From: Spirochaetia bacterium
Lineage (GTDB): Bacteria; Spirochaetota; Spirochaetia; SZUA-6; Bin103
Assembly: GCA_965199955.1 (NCBI GenBank)
Contig: CBDATQ010000002.1
Location: 416,001 to 480,000, forward strand
DNA: 64,000 bases
Reading direction: 5' to 3'
This document shows positions 38,367 through 48,058 of the stretch, piece after piece. The notes beneath the pieces were generated by a model. That model ran no database searches and was not told where the DNA came from. It was given only the letters and a program-made list of their open reading frames with translations. Both the position numbers and the translations under genes were made by a program. Position 1 is the stretch's first letter; each line of letters starts with the position of its first letter.

Positions 38367-40328
38367 CCGAAGTTCCAGAGCCGAAATTGACGTAACTATT
38401 TGAAGCAATGGCAGTTACCGCATTTTGGAGGTGCAATGTGTAGCCACGAGTGTAGTTGACGCTCGTTCCTCTTTCTGCTATCCTGGCAACTATGCCCAGC
38501 AGACAGGGACCCGTGCATGTAGCCACCACTACGCGCCGCCATGGCAACCGGACCTACCACACCCACCTGCTGCGCCGTACCTTCCGCCAGGACGGAAAGA
38601 TCAAGCACGAAACCCTCGGCAACATCTCCCATCTCCCCGATCACGTCATCGATCTGATCCGCAGAGCCCTCAAGGGCGAACCGCTGGTCAACCCCAAAGA
38701 CGCGTTCGACTGCCTGCGCAGCCTCCCCCACGGCCATGTCGCCGCCGTGCTGGGCATCCTCAAGCAGCTCGGACTCCATACCCTCATCGCCCGCAAGGCC
38801 AGCCGCTCGCGCGAGCTGGTCATCGCCATGATCACCGCCCGCGTCATCGACGCGCAGTCCAAGCTGGCCACCGCCCGCGCGCTATCACCGCCGAGCGCGG
38901 CGTCAACCCTCGGCGAGGCGTTGCGGCTGGGCGAGGTCGATGAGAACGAGCTCTACGAGGCGATGGACTGGTTGGTCGGGCGCCAGGCGGCGATCGAGGA
39001 CCGCCTGGCTGAACAGCACCTCAGCGAGCACACGCTGGTGCTCTACGACGTGAGCTCGACCTACTTCGAGGGCAGCCACTGCGAGCTGGCGCAGTTGGGA
39101 CACAGCCGTGACGGCAAGTCGGGCACGCTGCAGATCGTGTTCGGGCTGCTGTGCACCCAGGAAGGCTGTCCGGTGGCGGTGGAAGTCTTGCCTGGCTCTA
39201 CCGCCGACCCGAAGACGGTGAGCGCGCAGGTGGACAAGATCCGCACCCGCTTCGGACTCACGCGGGTGGTGCTGGTCGGCGACCGCGGGATGCTGAGCGC
39301 GGCGAGGATCCGCGAGGACCTGCAAGAGGTGGAGGGGCTGCGCTGGATCACCACGCTGCGCGCGCCGACGATCCGCAAGCTGGTGGCCGCCGGTGAGGTG
39401 GCGCCGTCGTTGTTCGACGAGCGCGACCTGGCCGAGATCACCAGCGAGGAGTTTCCGGGCGAGCGGCTGATCGTGTGCCGCAACCCGTTGCTGGCCGACG
39501 AACGGAAGCGCAAGCGCCAGGAGCTGCTACAGGCCACCGAGCAGAAGCTGGCCCCGATCGCTCAGGCCACCCAGCGCGTCCATCAGCCGCTACGGGGCGA
39601 GGCCGAGATCGGCATGCGGGTCGGCAAGGTGATCAATCACTACAAGGTGGGCAAGCACTTCGTGACCGAGATCACCTCCGAGTCGTTCAGCTTTCGGCGC
39701 GATGAGCACAAGATCGCCGCCGAGCAGGCGCTGGACGGGCTGTACATCGTGCGCAGCAACGTGGAGCCGCAGGTGCTCGACGCGGCGCAGACGGTGCGCG
39801 CCTACAAGGGGCTGTCGAAGGTGGAGCGGGCGTTTCGGTGCATGAAGTCCGTGGACCTGAAGGTGCGCCCGATTCACCACCGGCGCGCCGATCGGGTGCG
39901 GGCGCACGTGCTGCTGTGCATGCTGGCCTACTACGTGGAGTGGCACATGCGGCGCTCGCTGGCGCCGTTGCTGTTCGACGATCACGATCGACAGGGCGCC
40001 GAGCGCAAGCGGGTCTCCGAAGTGGCGCCGGCGCAGCGATCGGCGGCCGCGGCGGCCAAGGCGTCGAGCAAGCGCACCGAGGACGGGCTGCCGGTGCACA
40101 GCTTTCGGACGTTGATCGACGAACTGGGCACCCTGACGGCGAACACGATGCGAATCGCCGACGGCGAAAGCACATTCACGCTGCACACGCACCCGACGCC
40201 GGTTCAGCAGCGCTGTTTCGAGCTGCTTGGGATCAAATCCCGCGTGTAGCCACGCACGCGACCCTGAGGAATCAAGGTAACTATCATGATCACAAAGACT
40301 TCAGAGCATTTCGCTCCTGGAACTTCGG
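38367..40328 (+). mobile_element. IS1634-family element, apparently complete (1962 bp)
   Basis: IRs CCGAAGTTCCAG…CGAAAT; 6-bp target duplication TCTAAC at 38361-66 and 40329-34. Confidence 0.93.
38492..40249 (+). CDS. IS1634-family transposase
   Basis: LYDVSSTYFEG, GHSRDGK, VGDRGM, YKGLSKVERAFR, RVRAHVLLCMLAYYVEW. Confidence 0.93.
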   Translation: MPSRQGPVHVATTTRRHGNRTYHTHLLRRTFRQDGKIKHETLGNISHLPDHVIDLIRRALKGEPLVNPKDAFDCLRSLPHGHVAAVLGILKQLGLHTLIARKASRSRELVIAMITARVIDAQSKLATARALSPPSAASTLGEALRLGEVDENELYEAMDWLVGRQAAIEDRLAEQHLSEHTLVLYDVSSTYFEGSHCELAQLGHSRDGKSGTLQIVFGLLCTQEGCPVAVEVLPGSTADPKTVSAQVDKIRTRFGLTRVVLVGDRGMLSAARIREDLQEVEGLRWITTLRAPTIRKLVAAGEVAPSLFDERDLAEITSEEFPGERLIVCRNPLLADERKRKRQELLQATEQKLAPIAQATQRVHQPLRGEAEIGMRVGKVINHYKVGKHFVTEITSESFSFRRDEHKIAAEQALDGLYIVRSNVEPQVLDAAQTVRAYKGLSKVERAFRCMKSVDLKVRPIHHRRADRVRAHVLLCMLAYYVEWHMRRSLAPLLFDDHDRQGAERKRVSEVAPAQRSAAAAAKASSKRTEDGLPVHSFRTLIDELGTLTANTMRIADGESTFTLHTHPTPVQQRCFELLGIKSRV

Positions 40329-40697
40329 TCTAACCGAAGCGGCTGGACCTCACGGTCCGGTCCGGAGCCCTTCGCACACCGCGGAGGAGGTTCCGAGGAG
40401 ATGGGGCTGACGATGGGTGAGCGCAGGGCACTCACGGAGCAGGTGGCGCGGCGGTACCGCAGCGCCACCAGGAAGGACAAGACGGTCATCCTCGGCGAGT
40501 TCGTCGAGGCCACCGGCTACACACGCAAGTACGCGATCCATCTGCTGAACTCTTGGGGGCGCTACCCGCGTGGTGCGCATCGACGGACAGATGGTCAAGC
40601 TCGTGGTCGGACGCCCCCGGCGCCCCAAGCCCCGCGCGCGACCGCGCCGCTACGTAAGCGTCCGCTGAACCCCACCTTACGACGGCTGAAATAGCGG

Positions 40698-41042
40698 GTG
40701 ATCGTCCCTGTCAGGAGGGACGATGAGGTGAACGAGAGACACGGGCGCGAGTATTGGAGCCAGCAGGTTGCCGAGTGGCGGAGCAGCGGCCTGTCGAGCA
40801 AGGCGTACAGCGAGCGGCATGGCCTGCCGTATTCGTCGCTGTGCCGGTGGGCGGGCAAGTCGAGGCAGTCCTCGGGGCCGGAGAGTCAGCGGCTGGTCGA
40901 ACTGGGGCAGCGCGGCGGCGGTGCCGAGCCGGGCGCGACGATCGAGCTGGTGGTCGGCCAGCGGTACGTGCTGAAGCTGAGGCGGTCGGTGCGGGCTACC
41001 GATCTGCGCGAAGTACTGGCGGCGCTGGAGGGCGAGCGGTGA
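40698..41042 (+). CDS. tnpA: IS66 accessory protein TnpA
   Basis: YWSQQVAEWRSSGLSSKAYSERHGL…W helix-turn-helix. Confidence 0.85.
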   Translation: MIVPVRRDDEVNERHGREYWSQQVAEWRSSGLSSKAYSERHGLPYSSLCRWAGKSRQSSGPESQRLVELGQRGGGAEPGATIELVVGQRYVLKLRRSVRATDLREVLAALEGER

Positions 41043-41389
41043 TCCGGGTGGAGCTGGGCGCGGCGCGGATCTTCGTACGGCCTGGGGCGACCGATATGCG
41101 CACGCAGGTCAACGGGCTGGTAGTGCTGGTGCAGGAGCAGATGCAGCTCAGTCCGTTCGAGACGGCGCTGTTCGTGTTCTGCAACGCGCGGCGGCGCGTG
41201 CTGAAAGCGGTGTACTGGGATCGGACGGGATTCTGTCTGTGGATGAAGGGGCGATTTCCGTGGCCGCCAACGGCGACCGAGGCGCGCCGAGAGATCGGCA
41301 TCGAGGAGCTTCGGATGCTGCTGATCGGATCGATTTCTAGCATACCCACGAGGAGCTCCGGTACCGGGAAATCGCCTGAGGTGGGTTGA
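41039..41389 (+). pseudogene. tnpB: IS66 TnpB, damaged
   Basis: TDMR….GL, LFVFCNARR..LKAVYWDRTGF. Short deletion in the KRLE.GRF motif and a C-terminal frameshift. Confidence 0.8.
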
Positions 41390-41422
41390 CACTGTCAGCA
41401 TATTTCGTGCTATGGCATCTAC

Positions 41423-42791
41423 ATGTCCAGCGCGCCAGCGGTCGCCGAAGAACGCGATGCGCTACGCGAAGAGAATCGTCGCCTGGTCCTGGAAAAGGAC
41501 GATCTGGACGCGAAACTTCGGGAGCTGAACAAAGAAGCTGGATCTCTACGAAGAACAGGTGGAGTGGTTCAAGAACAAGCTGTATGGACGCGGTACCGAA
41601 CAGCTCACCGCCGCCGAGCGGCTGCAGATTCGAGTGTTCGATGAGATCGAACACTCCGCCGACAGCCCATCGCCGGACGATGAGCCGTCCGCGGATCAGG
41701 CGGCCGCCGAGGTGCTTGCGCGCACTGGCAGCCGCCCGCGGCGCAGACCGCTGCCGCAGGCGCTGCCACGGATCGAGCAGGTCATCGACCTGCCCGAGCA
41801 GGACAAGCAGTGTGAGTGTGGCCACCCCCTGGTGCGCATCGGCGAGGACACCTCCGAGAAGCTCGACGTGATCCCGCCGCAGGTACGGGTGATCCGCACG
41901 GTGCGGCCCAAGTACGCCTGTCATCACTGCGAAGGCTCCGGCGACGAAGAGCATCCGGCGGTGCGGATCCCGAAGGGGCTGGCCTCGGAGGGGCTGGCCT
42001 CGGAGGGATTGCTGGCGTTTATCGCCACGGCGAAGTTCTGCGACGCGCTGCCTCTGTACCGCCAGGAGCGGCAGTTCGCGCGCCTCGGCGTCGAGCTGTC
42101 GCGGCGCACGATGTCGGACTGGATGATCGCTGCCGCCACAGCCTGCCAGGCGCTGATGTACGACGGCTACGCGCGCCCGTGTGCGCAGCCCGGCATCGTG
42201 CACGTGGGCTGTTGGGCGCACGTGCGGCGAGCGTTCAAGGAGGCCGCCGACGCGCTGGGCAAGGTGTCCAGCCGGGCCGCAGCGGCGCTGCATGCGCTGG
42301 GGTTCATCGCCAAGCTGTACCGCGCCGAGTCGGAACTGTCGAAGTACCGCGATAAGGACCCTGAGCGGTTCGTGGCCGCGCGGCGCGCACAGGCGCAACC
42401 GGTGCTGGCGAAGTTCCACGGCTGGCTGCAGGAGAAACGCGACCAGGTGCTGCCCGGCTCGGCGCTCGGCAAGGCGGTGGCCTTCGCGCTCAGCGAGTGG
42501 CCGAAGCTGATCCGCTATCTGGACCACCCGCAGATGAGCCCGGACAACAACGCCTGCGAACAGGCGATCCGCCCGTTCGTGGTGGGCCGCAAGAACTGGC
42601 TGTTTTCCGGCAGCCCGCGCGGAGCCAAGGCGAGCGCGATCCTGTACAGCCTGATCGAGACCGCCAAGGCCAACCGGCGCGAGCCGTACTGGTATCTGCG
42701 CGAGCTGTTCGAGAGGCTGCCGCATGCGCGCACCCGCGCCGACTACCTCTCGCTCCTGCCGACTGCGCGTCCACCGCCGCCGGCTTCATAG
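41423..42791 (+). pseudogene. tnpC: IS66 TnpC transposase, frameshifted and internally deleted
   Basis: +1 shift near 41531; CECG…YAC..C, LPLYRQ, CWAHVRR, DNNACEQAIR, GRKNWLF. DET catalytic segment absent; 15-bp duplication (GLASE x2). Confidence 0.85.
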
Positions 42792-44284
42792 AGCCTGGTT
42801 TCGCCGGTCGCTTACGCCGCTACGACCAGGAGGTGCTCAAGGCCCTCACGCAGATCTGGTACGTATTCGACTTCATGTGCGGCAAGCGCCTGGTGGTCGT
42901 GCTGCGCACCATGCTGGCGGTCCTCGACTCGTTCGGCGAGATCCCGCTCAGCGACCAAGTGCGCGCCAAGCTGCTGAGCATCAGCGCCGCCACCATCGAC
43001 CGGCTACTGCAGCCCGAGCGCGCGCGGCTGCAGATCAAGGGCCGCACCCACACCAAGCCGGGCAGCCTCCTGAAGCACCAGATCCCGATCCGCACCTTCG
43101 CCGACTGGAACGAACAGGAGCCGGGCTTCTTCGAGATCGACCTGGTGGGCCACGACGGCGGCAATGCCTCCGGCGAGTTGTGCCACACGCTGAGCCTCAC
43201 CGACGTCGACACCGGCTGGGTCGAGCTGCACGGGCTGAAGAACAAGGCGCAGCGTTGGACCCACGCGGCCCTGCAGGACGCACGCCGCACGCTGCCGATC
43301 CCGCTCAAGGGCATCGACACCGACAACGGCAGCGAATTCATCAACCACCACTTGGTCGGCTTCTGCAACGAGCATCAGATCACCTTCACGCGCGCGCGCC
43401 CGTACCGCAAGAACGACACCTGCTACGTCGAGCAGAAGAACGGCCACGTGGTGCGCCGCGCGGTCGGCTACCTGCGCCACGACACCGACGAGGAGCTGGG
43501 AGCTCTCAACGCCGTCTACGCCACGCTCGGCCTCCTGGTCAACTTCTTCTACCCCTCGGTGAAGCTCATCAAGAAGACCCGCTACGGCTCCACGGTGCGC
43601 CGCGTCCATGACCAGCCCCAGACTCCGTATCAGCGCGTGCTGCAATCTTCGGCGGTGGACGCCGAGGTCAAGGCGCGGCTCAAACAGCAGTATGAGACGC
43701 TGAACCCCGTGGCCCTCAAGCGCGAGCTGACCCGATTGACCGATCACCTGCTGCGGGCGCATGCCGACAAGACACGGCCCCCGGCACGGCCGAGCAACCG
43801 ATGAGCGTTGGCGCCGAACGGCGGCTCGGACCGCTCTGGAGGGTCGCTCGGCCTCAGCGGGCCGTGAGCGGAGAAATCAACGCGCGAGGATTGCCCTCAC
43901 GGCGTTTGCTGAGCCGGGTTGGTGTCCCGATACCCGCAGTGCGCTCCACCAACGTTGATTCGCGTCCGGCTCTGTGCACCGCGACGCCACCGCTGCTGCC
44001 TGCGCTCGCAGACCACCTGCCCGTGTGCGGGAGCCTGGCGCTCGCCACAATCCGCTCCGATGGGCAGCTCCGCAACGGCAGCCACCGTCTGCAGCGAGCA
44101 CTCTTGCCGCACGCGCCACGACGCCGCCCACGTTTATCCACCTATCCACAGCCTGTGAGTCTCCCCCCTCGCGCTCCCCCCTCGTTTTCCGCCGCCGCCT
44201 TCGGTTAGATTCTTTCGTGAGGCATGGCCTCGCTACGGTTCGATTCTTAGTTGAGGCAATAGGCACCGCTCGCGCCGATCAACC

Positions 44285-44333
44285 CCCCAGCCAGCACTGC
44301 GGGGTCTTTCGCCGGATGTATGCCCCACTACCG
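44285..44333. repeat. Right member of the dispersed inverted-repeat pair
   Basis: CCCCAGCCAGCACTGCG-GGGTCTTT…CCCCACTACCG is the inverse of motifs at 35999 and 35726. Confidence 0.6.
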
Positions 44334-44365
44334 AGGCGTGCCACAATTCCCGACGGACAGAGAAC

Positions 44366-44563
44366 TTGCAAGGGAGATTCGACGACGACCTGGTTCGCGA
44401 GGCGATGGCGATCCATCCCGGCAAGACGAAGACCGCGGTGCTGGAACTCGGTCTGACGGAACTGATCAACGCCGAGCGGCGCAGCAGGCTGACCGCGGCG
44501 TTCGGATCTCAGCCCGAGATGCAGACCGTAACGCGCCGGCGGCCGGCACGCGGCCGGCAGTGA
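44366..44563 (+). CDS. VapB-like antitoxin, probably 5'-truncated
   Basis: DDDLVREAM…KTKTAVLELGLTELI; GTGA overlap with the PIN gene; the usual MRTT.. start strand is missing. Confidence 0.65.
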   Translation: MQGRFDDDLVREAMAIHPGKTKTAVLELGLTELINAERRSRLTAAFGSQPEMQTVTRRRPARGRQ

Positions 44564-44944
44564 TCGTCCTCATCGACACGAGCGTGTGGCTCGGGTTTCT
44601 GCGGGGGGGAGGAGTCGGCGCTGGCCGCGAGGGACTGGATCACGAGCGGGCAGGCCCTGGTGCACCCGTACGTGGTGGGTGAGCTGCTGCTCGGCGGCCT
44701 GTCCGCCGAGAACGAGGCGCTGATGCACTCGCTGGACTGGTGCGAACCGGCCAACGGCGGCGAGTTGCACGACTTCATTCGCCGCTTCCGCCCCGCCGGC
44801 ACCGGAATCGGCTGGGTGGACGCCGCACTGCTCCTTGCTGCTCAGGCCGCCGGCGCCTGGCTCGCCACGTACGACTCCACCCTTGCCCACTGCGCTCGCC
44901 AGCTCGACATCGGCACATCCCTGCCTCTGCCGGCGCAGGAATAG
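44560..44944 (+). pseudogene. vapC: VapC PIN-domain toxin with +1 frameshift in G7 (44603-44609)
   Basis: LIDTSVW…, then in the shifted frame HPYVVGELLLG, GIGWVDAALL and LATYD. Confidence 0.85.
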
Positions 44945-44977
44945 CGCCGTCCCGCACGGGGCGGGCGCCGACCGCTG

Positions 44978-46405
44978 TCAGTCGCTGAGGTTCGCGCGGC
45001 GCTCCGCCTCCACGGACGCGAACCAGTTCTCCGCCGCGATCCGCATGCGGGAGAGACGGTCGGGGTGGGCCGCCGCCAGGTCGCGCGCCTCGCAGGGATC
45101 GTCGGCGATGTGGTACAGCTCGGGCTGCTCCGGCGCCGACAGCGTGCGCCCGACCGACGGGTTGCGCACCGCCATCTCGAAGTGCCCCCGCGACATCAGG
45201 TCGCGCACCGCCACGTTGTCCTCCTGCAGCTTGACCATCGCCTCCGGGATGCGCGGCCAGTAGAGCTTCCAGGGGCCGTCGCGCATCGCCAGGTTGCAGC
45301 ACGGCACCGGGTCGTAGCGGTTGAACTGCCAGAAGCGCGGCGCCGCGCCTGCGGGCGAGGTGCCGCGCAGCCGGGGGAGCTGATCGCAGCCGTCCAGCGG
45401 CAGCCCGTCCGGAGTCGCGCCCGCGGCGGCGGCCAGCGTCGGCAGCCAGTCGCAGAAGTGGATCATCTCGTCGCACGCGGCGCTGGCCGGCAGGCGGTCC
45501 GGCCAGCGGACGATCGCCGGCACGCGGATGCCGCCCTCCAGCACGTCCTGCTTCTGGCCGCGGAACGGACCGTTGTAGCGGTTCATGCTGAAGCGCCGCC
45601 CGCCGTAGCGGTCGGGGCCGAGCCAGGGGCCGTTGTCGCTGGTCAGCAGCACCACGGTGTCGTCGGCGCAGCCGGCGGCATCGAGCGCATCGAGGACCTG
45701 CCCGATGCCCTCATCCATGCGCGCCACCATGCCGTACAGGGTGGCAAGCGCGGGGTTCAGGTCGCCGCGTTGCAGGAACGGCGCGCAACTCTCCACGGGC
45801 GCCTGCAGAGGCGCGTGCGGCGCGTGGTAGGCGACCACCAGGAAGAACGGCTGCCGGGCGGAGGCACCGGGCGCCGCCGCGCATCGCCGGATGAAGTCGA
45901 CCGCCTCGGAGGTGAGCACGTCGGTCTGGTAGCGGCCGTCGGCCCGGCGCGGACTGCCGTTGTAGTCCAGGAACCAGTTCCAGTAGTCCATGATGCCGCC
46001 CAGGAAGCCGGCGAACTCCGCGAAGCCGCGCCGGTTGGGGTGGTACCTCGGATCGTGCAGGCCGCTGTGCCACTTGCCCACGTAGCCGGTGCGGTAACCG
46101 GCGGCGGCGAAGACGTCGCCGATGGTGCGCTCGCGCAGGGCGATGCGGTCCAGGCCGCGGTTCGACTCCACGCTCAGCGCGCCGCAGCGGTGGTGGTAAC
46201 GCCCGGTGAGCAGCGCGGCCCGCGCCGGCGCGCAGATCGGCGCACCGCTGTAGTGCTGGGAGCAGCGCACGCCCTCGGCGGCCAGCCGGTCGATGTGGGG
46301 CGTGGACAGGACGGTGTTGCCGTAGCAGCTCAGATCGCCGTAGCCCAGGTCGTCGGCCAGGAAGAGGACGACGTTGGGACGCGTCCGCGACGGTGCGGCA
46401 GCCAT
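44978..46405 (-). CDS. Formylglycine-type sulfatase
   Basis: PNVVLFLADDLG, CAPARAALLTG, GKWH, APHAP, TSDNG. Confidence 0.95.
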   Translation of the reverse strand: MAAAPSRTRPNVVLFLADDLGYGDLSCYGNTVLSTPHIDRLAAEGVRCSQHYSGAPICAPARAALLTGRYHHRCGALSVESNRGLDRIALRERTIGDVFAAAGYRTGYVGKWHSGLHDPRYHPNRRGFAEFAGFLGGIMDYWNWFLDYNGSPRRADGRYQTDVLTSEAVDFIRRCAAAPGASARQPFFLVVAYHAPHAPLQAPVESCAPFLQRGDLNPALATLYGMVARMDEGIGQVLDALDAAGCADDTVVLLTSDNGPWLGPDRYGGRRFSMNRYNGPFRGQKQDVLEGGIRVPAIVRWPDRLPASAACDEMIHFCDWLPTLAAAAGATPDGLPLDGCDQLPRLRGTSPAGAAPRFWQFNRYDPVPCCNLAMRDGPWKLYWPRIPEAMVKLQEDNVAVRDLMSRGHFEMAVRNPSVGRTLSAPEQPELYHIADDPCEARDLAAAHPDRLSRMRIAAENWFASVEAERRANLSD

Positions 46406-46435
46406 GCGGCGGGCGGATCGCTCTGGTGCCCTGCG

Positions 46436-47275
46436 CTAGGCGCGCGCCGGCTGCTTCTTGAGGTGCTGCTCCTGCCCCTGGCCCACCACCTTGTAGGTCA
46501 GGCCCTGCTGCTTGCCGCGGCGCTTCAGGCCGGACACCACGAAGTTGTTGTAAGGCTCCGTCGGCTCCACGAAGGTCGGCCGCATGGCGGCGTCGTGAAA
46601 GCCGATCCGTACCGAGCGGCGCCAGCGGTCGGTGGTGTTCATGTCCGACCAGTGGATGGTCAGGTAGCTGAAGAAGATCACGTCACCGGCCATGGCCGGC
46701 ACCGCCACCGACGGCGTCTTGTCGGGATGGTACTGCTCGGGCGGCAGGTAGGGCCGGGTATGGTCGCCGGTGATGTGCTCCAGGGGGCCCTGCTTGTGGC
46801 TCCCGGAAACGACCTGCAGACAGCCCGAGGCTTCCGGCGAATCGTCCAGATGCAGCAGGCAGTCGACGAAGTCGGGCCCGTCGTGGGGATAGAACGGGTA
46901 GTCCTGGTGCATGGGAAACGGCGTGCCGCGCTCCGGCGGCTTGGCGTGCAGGATCGTGCCGTGCCACTGCACGGCGGGGCCGACCAGGGCGCGCACGCAC
47001 TCGGTCAGCCGCTGGTGGAAGATGATTCGCCCCCAGGCCGCCGAGTAGAACTGCGGATTGGCGATGAACACGGCGCGCGTGTTCTCCTGCTCGCCCGCAG
47101 GCAGGTAGTGGTCGCGCCACGGCCCCTTCCAGCCAATGCTGTCCTCTCCCCACCACTCCTCGACTATGAAGTCCATCTCCCGCTCCAGCTCCTCCAGCTC
47201 CTCGTCCGTGAAGATGTTGGAGACCCGGAGATAGCCGTCGTTGCGGTACGCCTCGACCTGTTTCTGCGTCAGCAT
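46436..47275 (-). CDS. Phytanoyl-CoA dioxygenase (PhyH) family Fe(II)/2OG enzyme
   Basis: Y.NDGY, MHQD, GCLQVVSGSH, GDVIFF…IHWS..N….WR. Confidence 0.9.
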   Translation of the reverse strand: MLTQKQVEAYRNDGYLRVSNIFTDEELEELEREMDFIVEEWWGEDSIGWKGPWRDHYLPAGEQENTRAVFIANPQFYSAAWGRIIFHQRLTECVRALVGPAVQWHGTILHAKPPERGTPFPMHQDYPFYPHDGPDFVDCLLHLDDSPEASGCLQVVSGSHKQGPLEHITGDHTRPYLPPEQYHPDKTPSVAVPAMAGDVIFFSYLTIHWSDMNTTDRWRRSVRIGFHDAAMRPTFVEPTEPYNNFVVSGLKRRGKQQGLTYKVVGQGQEQHLKKQPARA

Positions 47276-47380
47276 GGGAGATGACCGTAAGCCACCCCGC
47301 GAGCTCTGTCGAGTTGACGGTCGCGCCGCTGCCGTGCCGCGGCTGGCAGGGGCGATCCATCGCTCGGACCGTGTCCGGCC

Positions 47381-47530
47381 TCAATCGCGGGACTCCCGCT
47401 CGGCGATGCCGGACAGCTCGACCGGCGGACGGTCGGGGAACGTGGCGATGAGCTCCGCCGCCCGTTCCTCGACCTTGCGCCGCCGCGCGGGGTCGAGCCC
47501 TGCGATCACGTCATTCACGTTCAGAGCCAT
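47381..47530 (-). pseudogene. XRE/HigA-type antitoxin with the HTH deleted
   Basis: Strong SD. MALNVNDVIAGLDPARRRKVEERAAELIA is fused directly to the family C-terminus TFPDRPPVELSGIAE. Confidence 0.7.
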
Positions 47531-47574
47531 CACGATCCTCCTTCCTCCTGGATCCGAGTGATCGGTGTCGTCAC

Positions 47575-47874
47575 TGCCGACGTAGGCGTGGCCGGCGCGG
47601 TCGATCACCATGTCGTTGCAGGGGAACCCCGTGATCCGGCGCATCTCGGCGACGGCGGCGGTGCTCCCGTCCCGGCAGGCGATCAGCCTGCCGTCCTGCC
47701 GAGCCCTGACGGGAGTTCTTCGACCGCGGCGATCGTCTCCAGGTCTCCATCGAGGCCCAGACGGTGGACGGTGCCGGCCAGGACGTCGGAGAAATACAAT
47801 CTGTCTCCCCGCCAGCGCGGCCCTTCCGGGAAGTACAGGCCATCCTTGAGGATGGTCGGTTCGCGGCGTGCCAT
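47575..47874 (-). pseudogene. SMP-30/gluconolactonase N-terminal remnant
   Basis: GLYFPEGPRWR..RLYFSD…PSGLG, a frameshift, then CNDMVIDRAGHAYVG; truncated. Confidence 0.8.
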
Positions 47875-48058
47875 GGTGCCGCCATCGTACACCGGCCGCG
47901 CCGCAAGAGGCCGTCGCGGACCACCGGCGCGGTATGATCGGTACTATGGCCGGCTTCGTGGGGTCGACTGCCCTCCCGACATGGTTCGGGGATGTCGTTG
48001 CAGGCCGCCCCCGTCGAGGCGGCCCCGTGACGGCTCCACTCAGCGGAGGGGACCGCGG

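Larger units (their letters stand above)
40654..42815 (+). mobile_element. IS66-family element (2162 bp), defective
   Basis: Ends GTAAGCG…CGCTTAC; 8-bp target duplication GCCGCTAC at 40646-53 and 42816-23; tnpA-tnpB-tnpC order. Confidence 0.93.
40401..43804 (+). pseudogene. Host-element DDE transposase (~410 aa), split by IS66 and frameshifted
   Basis: N-terminus MGLTMGERRAL…ILGEFVEATGYTRKYAIHLL, an extra G in G5 at 40555-59, and RPRRY|IS66|DQEVLKAL. C-terminal part has EIDLVGH, DTDNGSEF and YVEQKN. Confidence 0.88.
38310..44260 (+). mobile_element. Unclassified DDE (rve-type) IS, ~1.8 kb when reconstructed, hosting IS1634 and IS66
   Basis: Rejoined left IR (38310-38366 + 40335-40339) matches the reverse complement of 44199-44260 at 47/62 positions without gaps. 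Confidence 0.85.

Noticed and set aside
42497..43804. 435-aa ORF as an intact transposase
   Set aside because: Its first ~106 codons are IS66 DNA; the true N-terminus is at 40401.
44134..44150. Replication origin
   Set aside because: Only two imperfect DnaA-like boxes, inside an IS, with no AT-rich unwinding element or dnaA.
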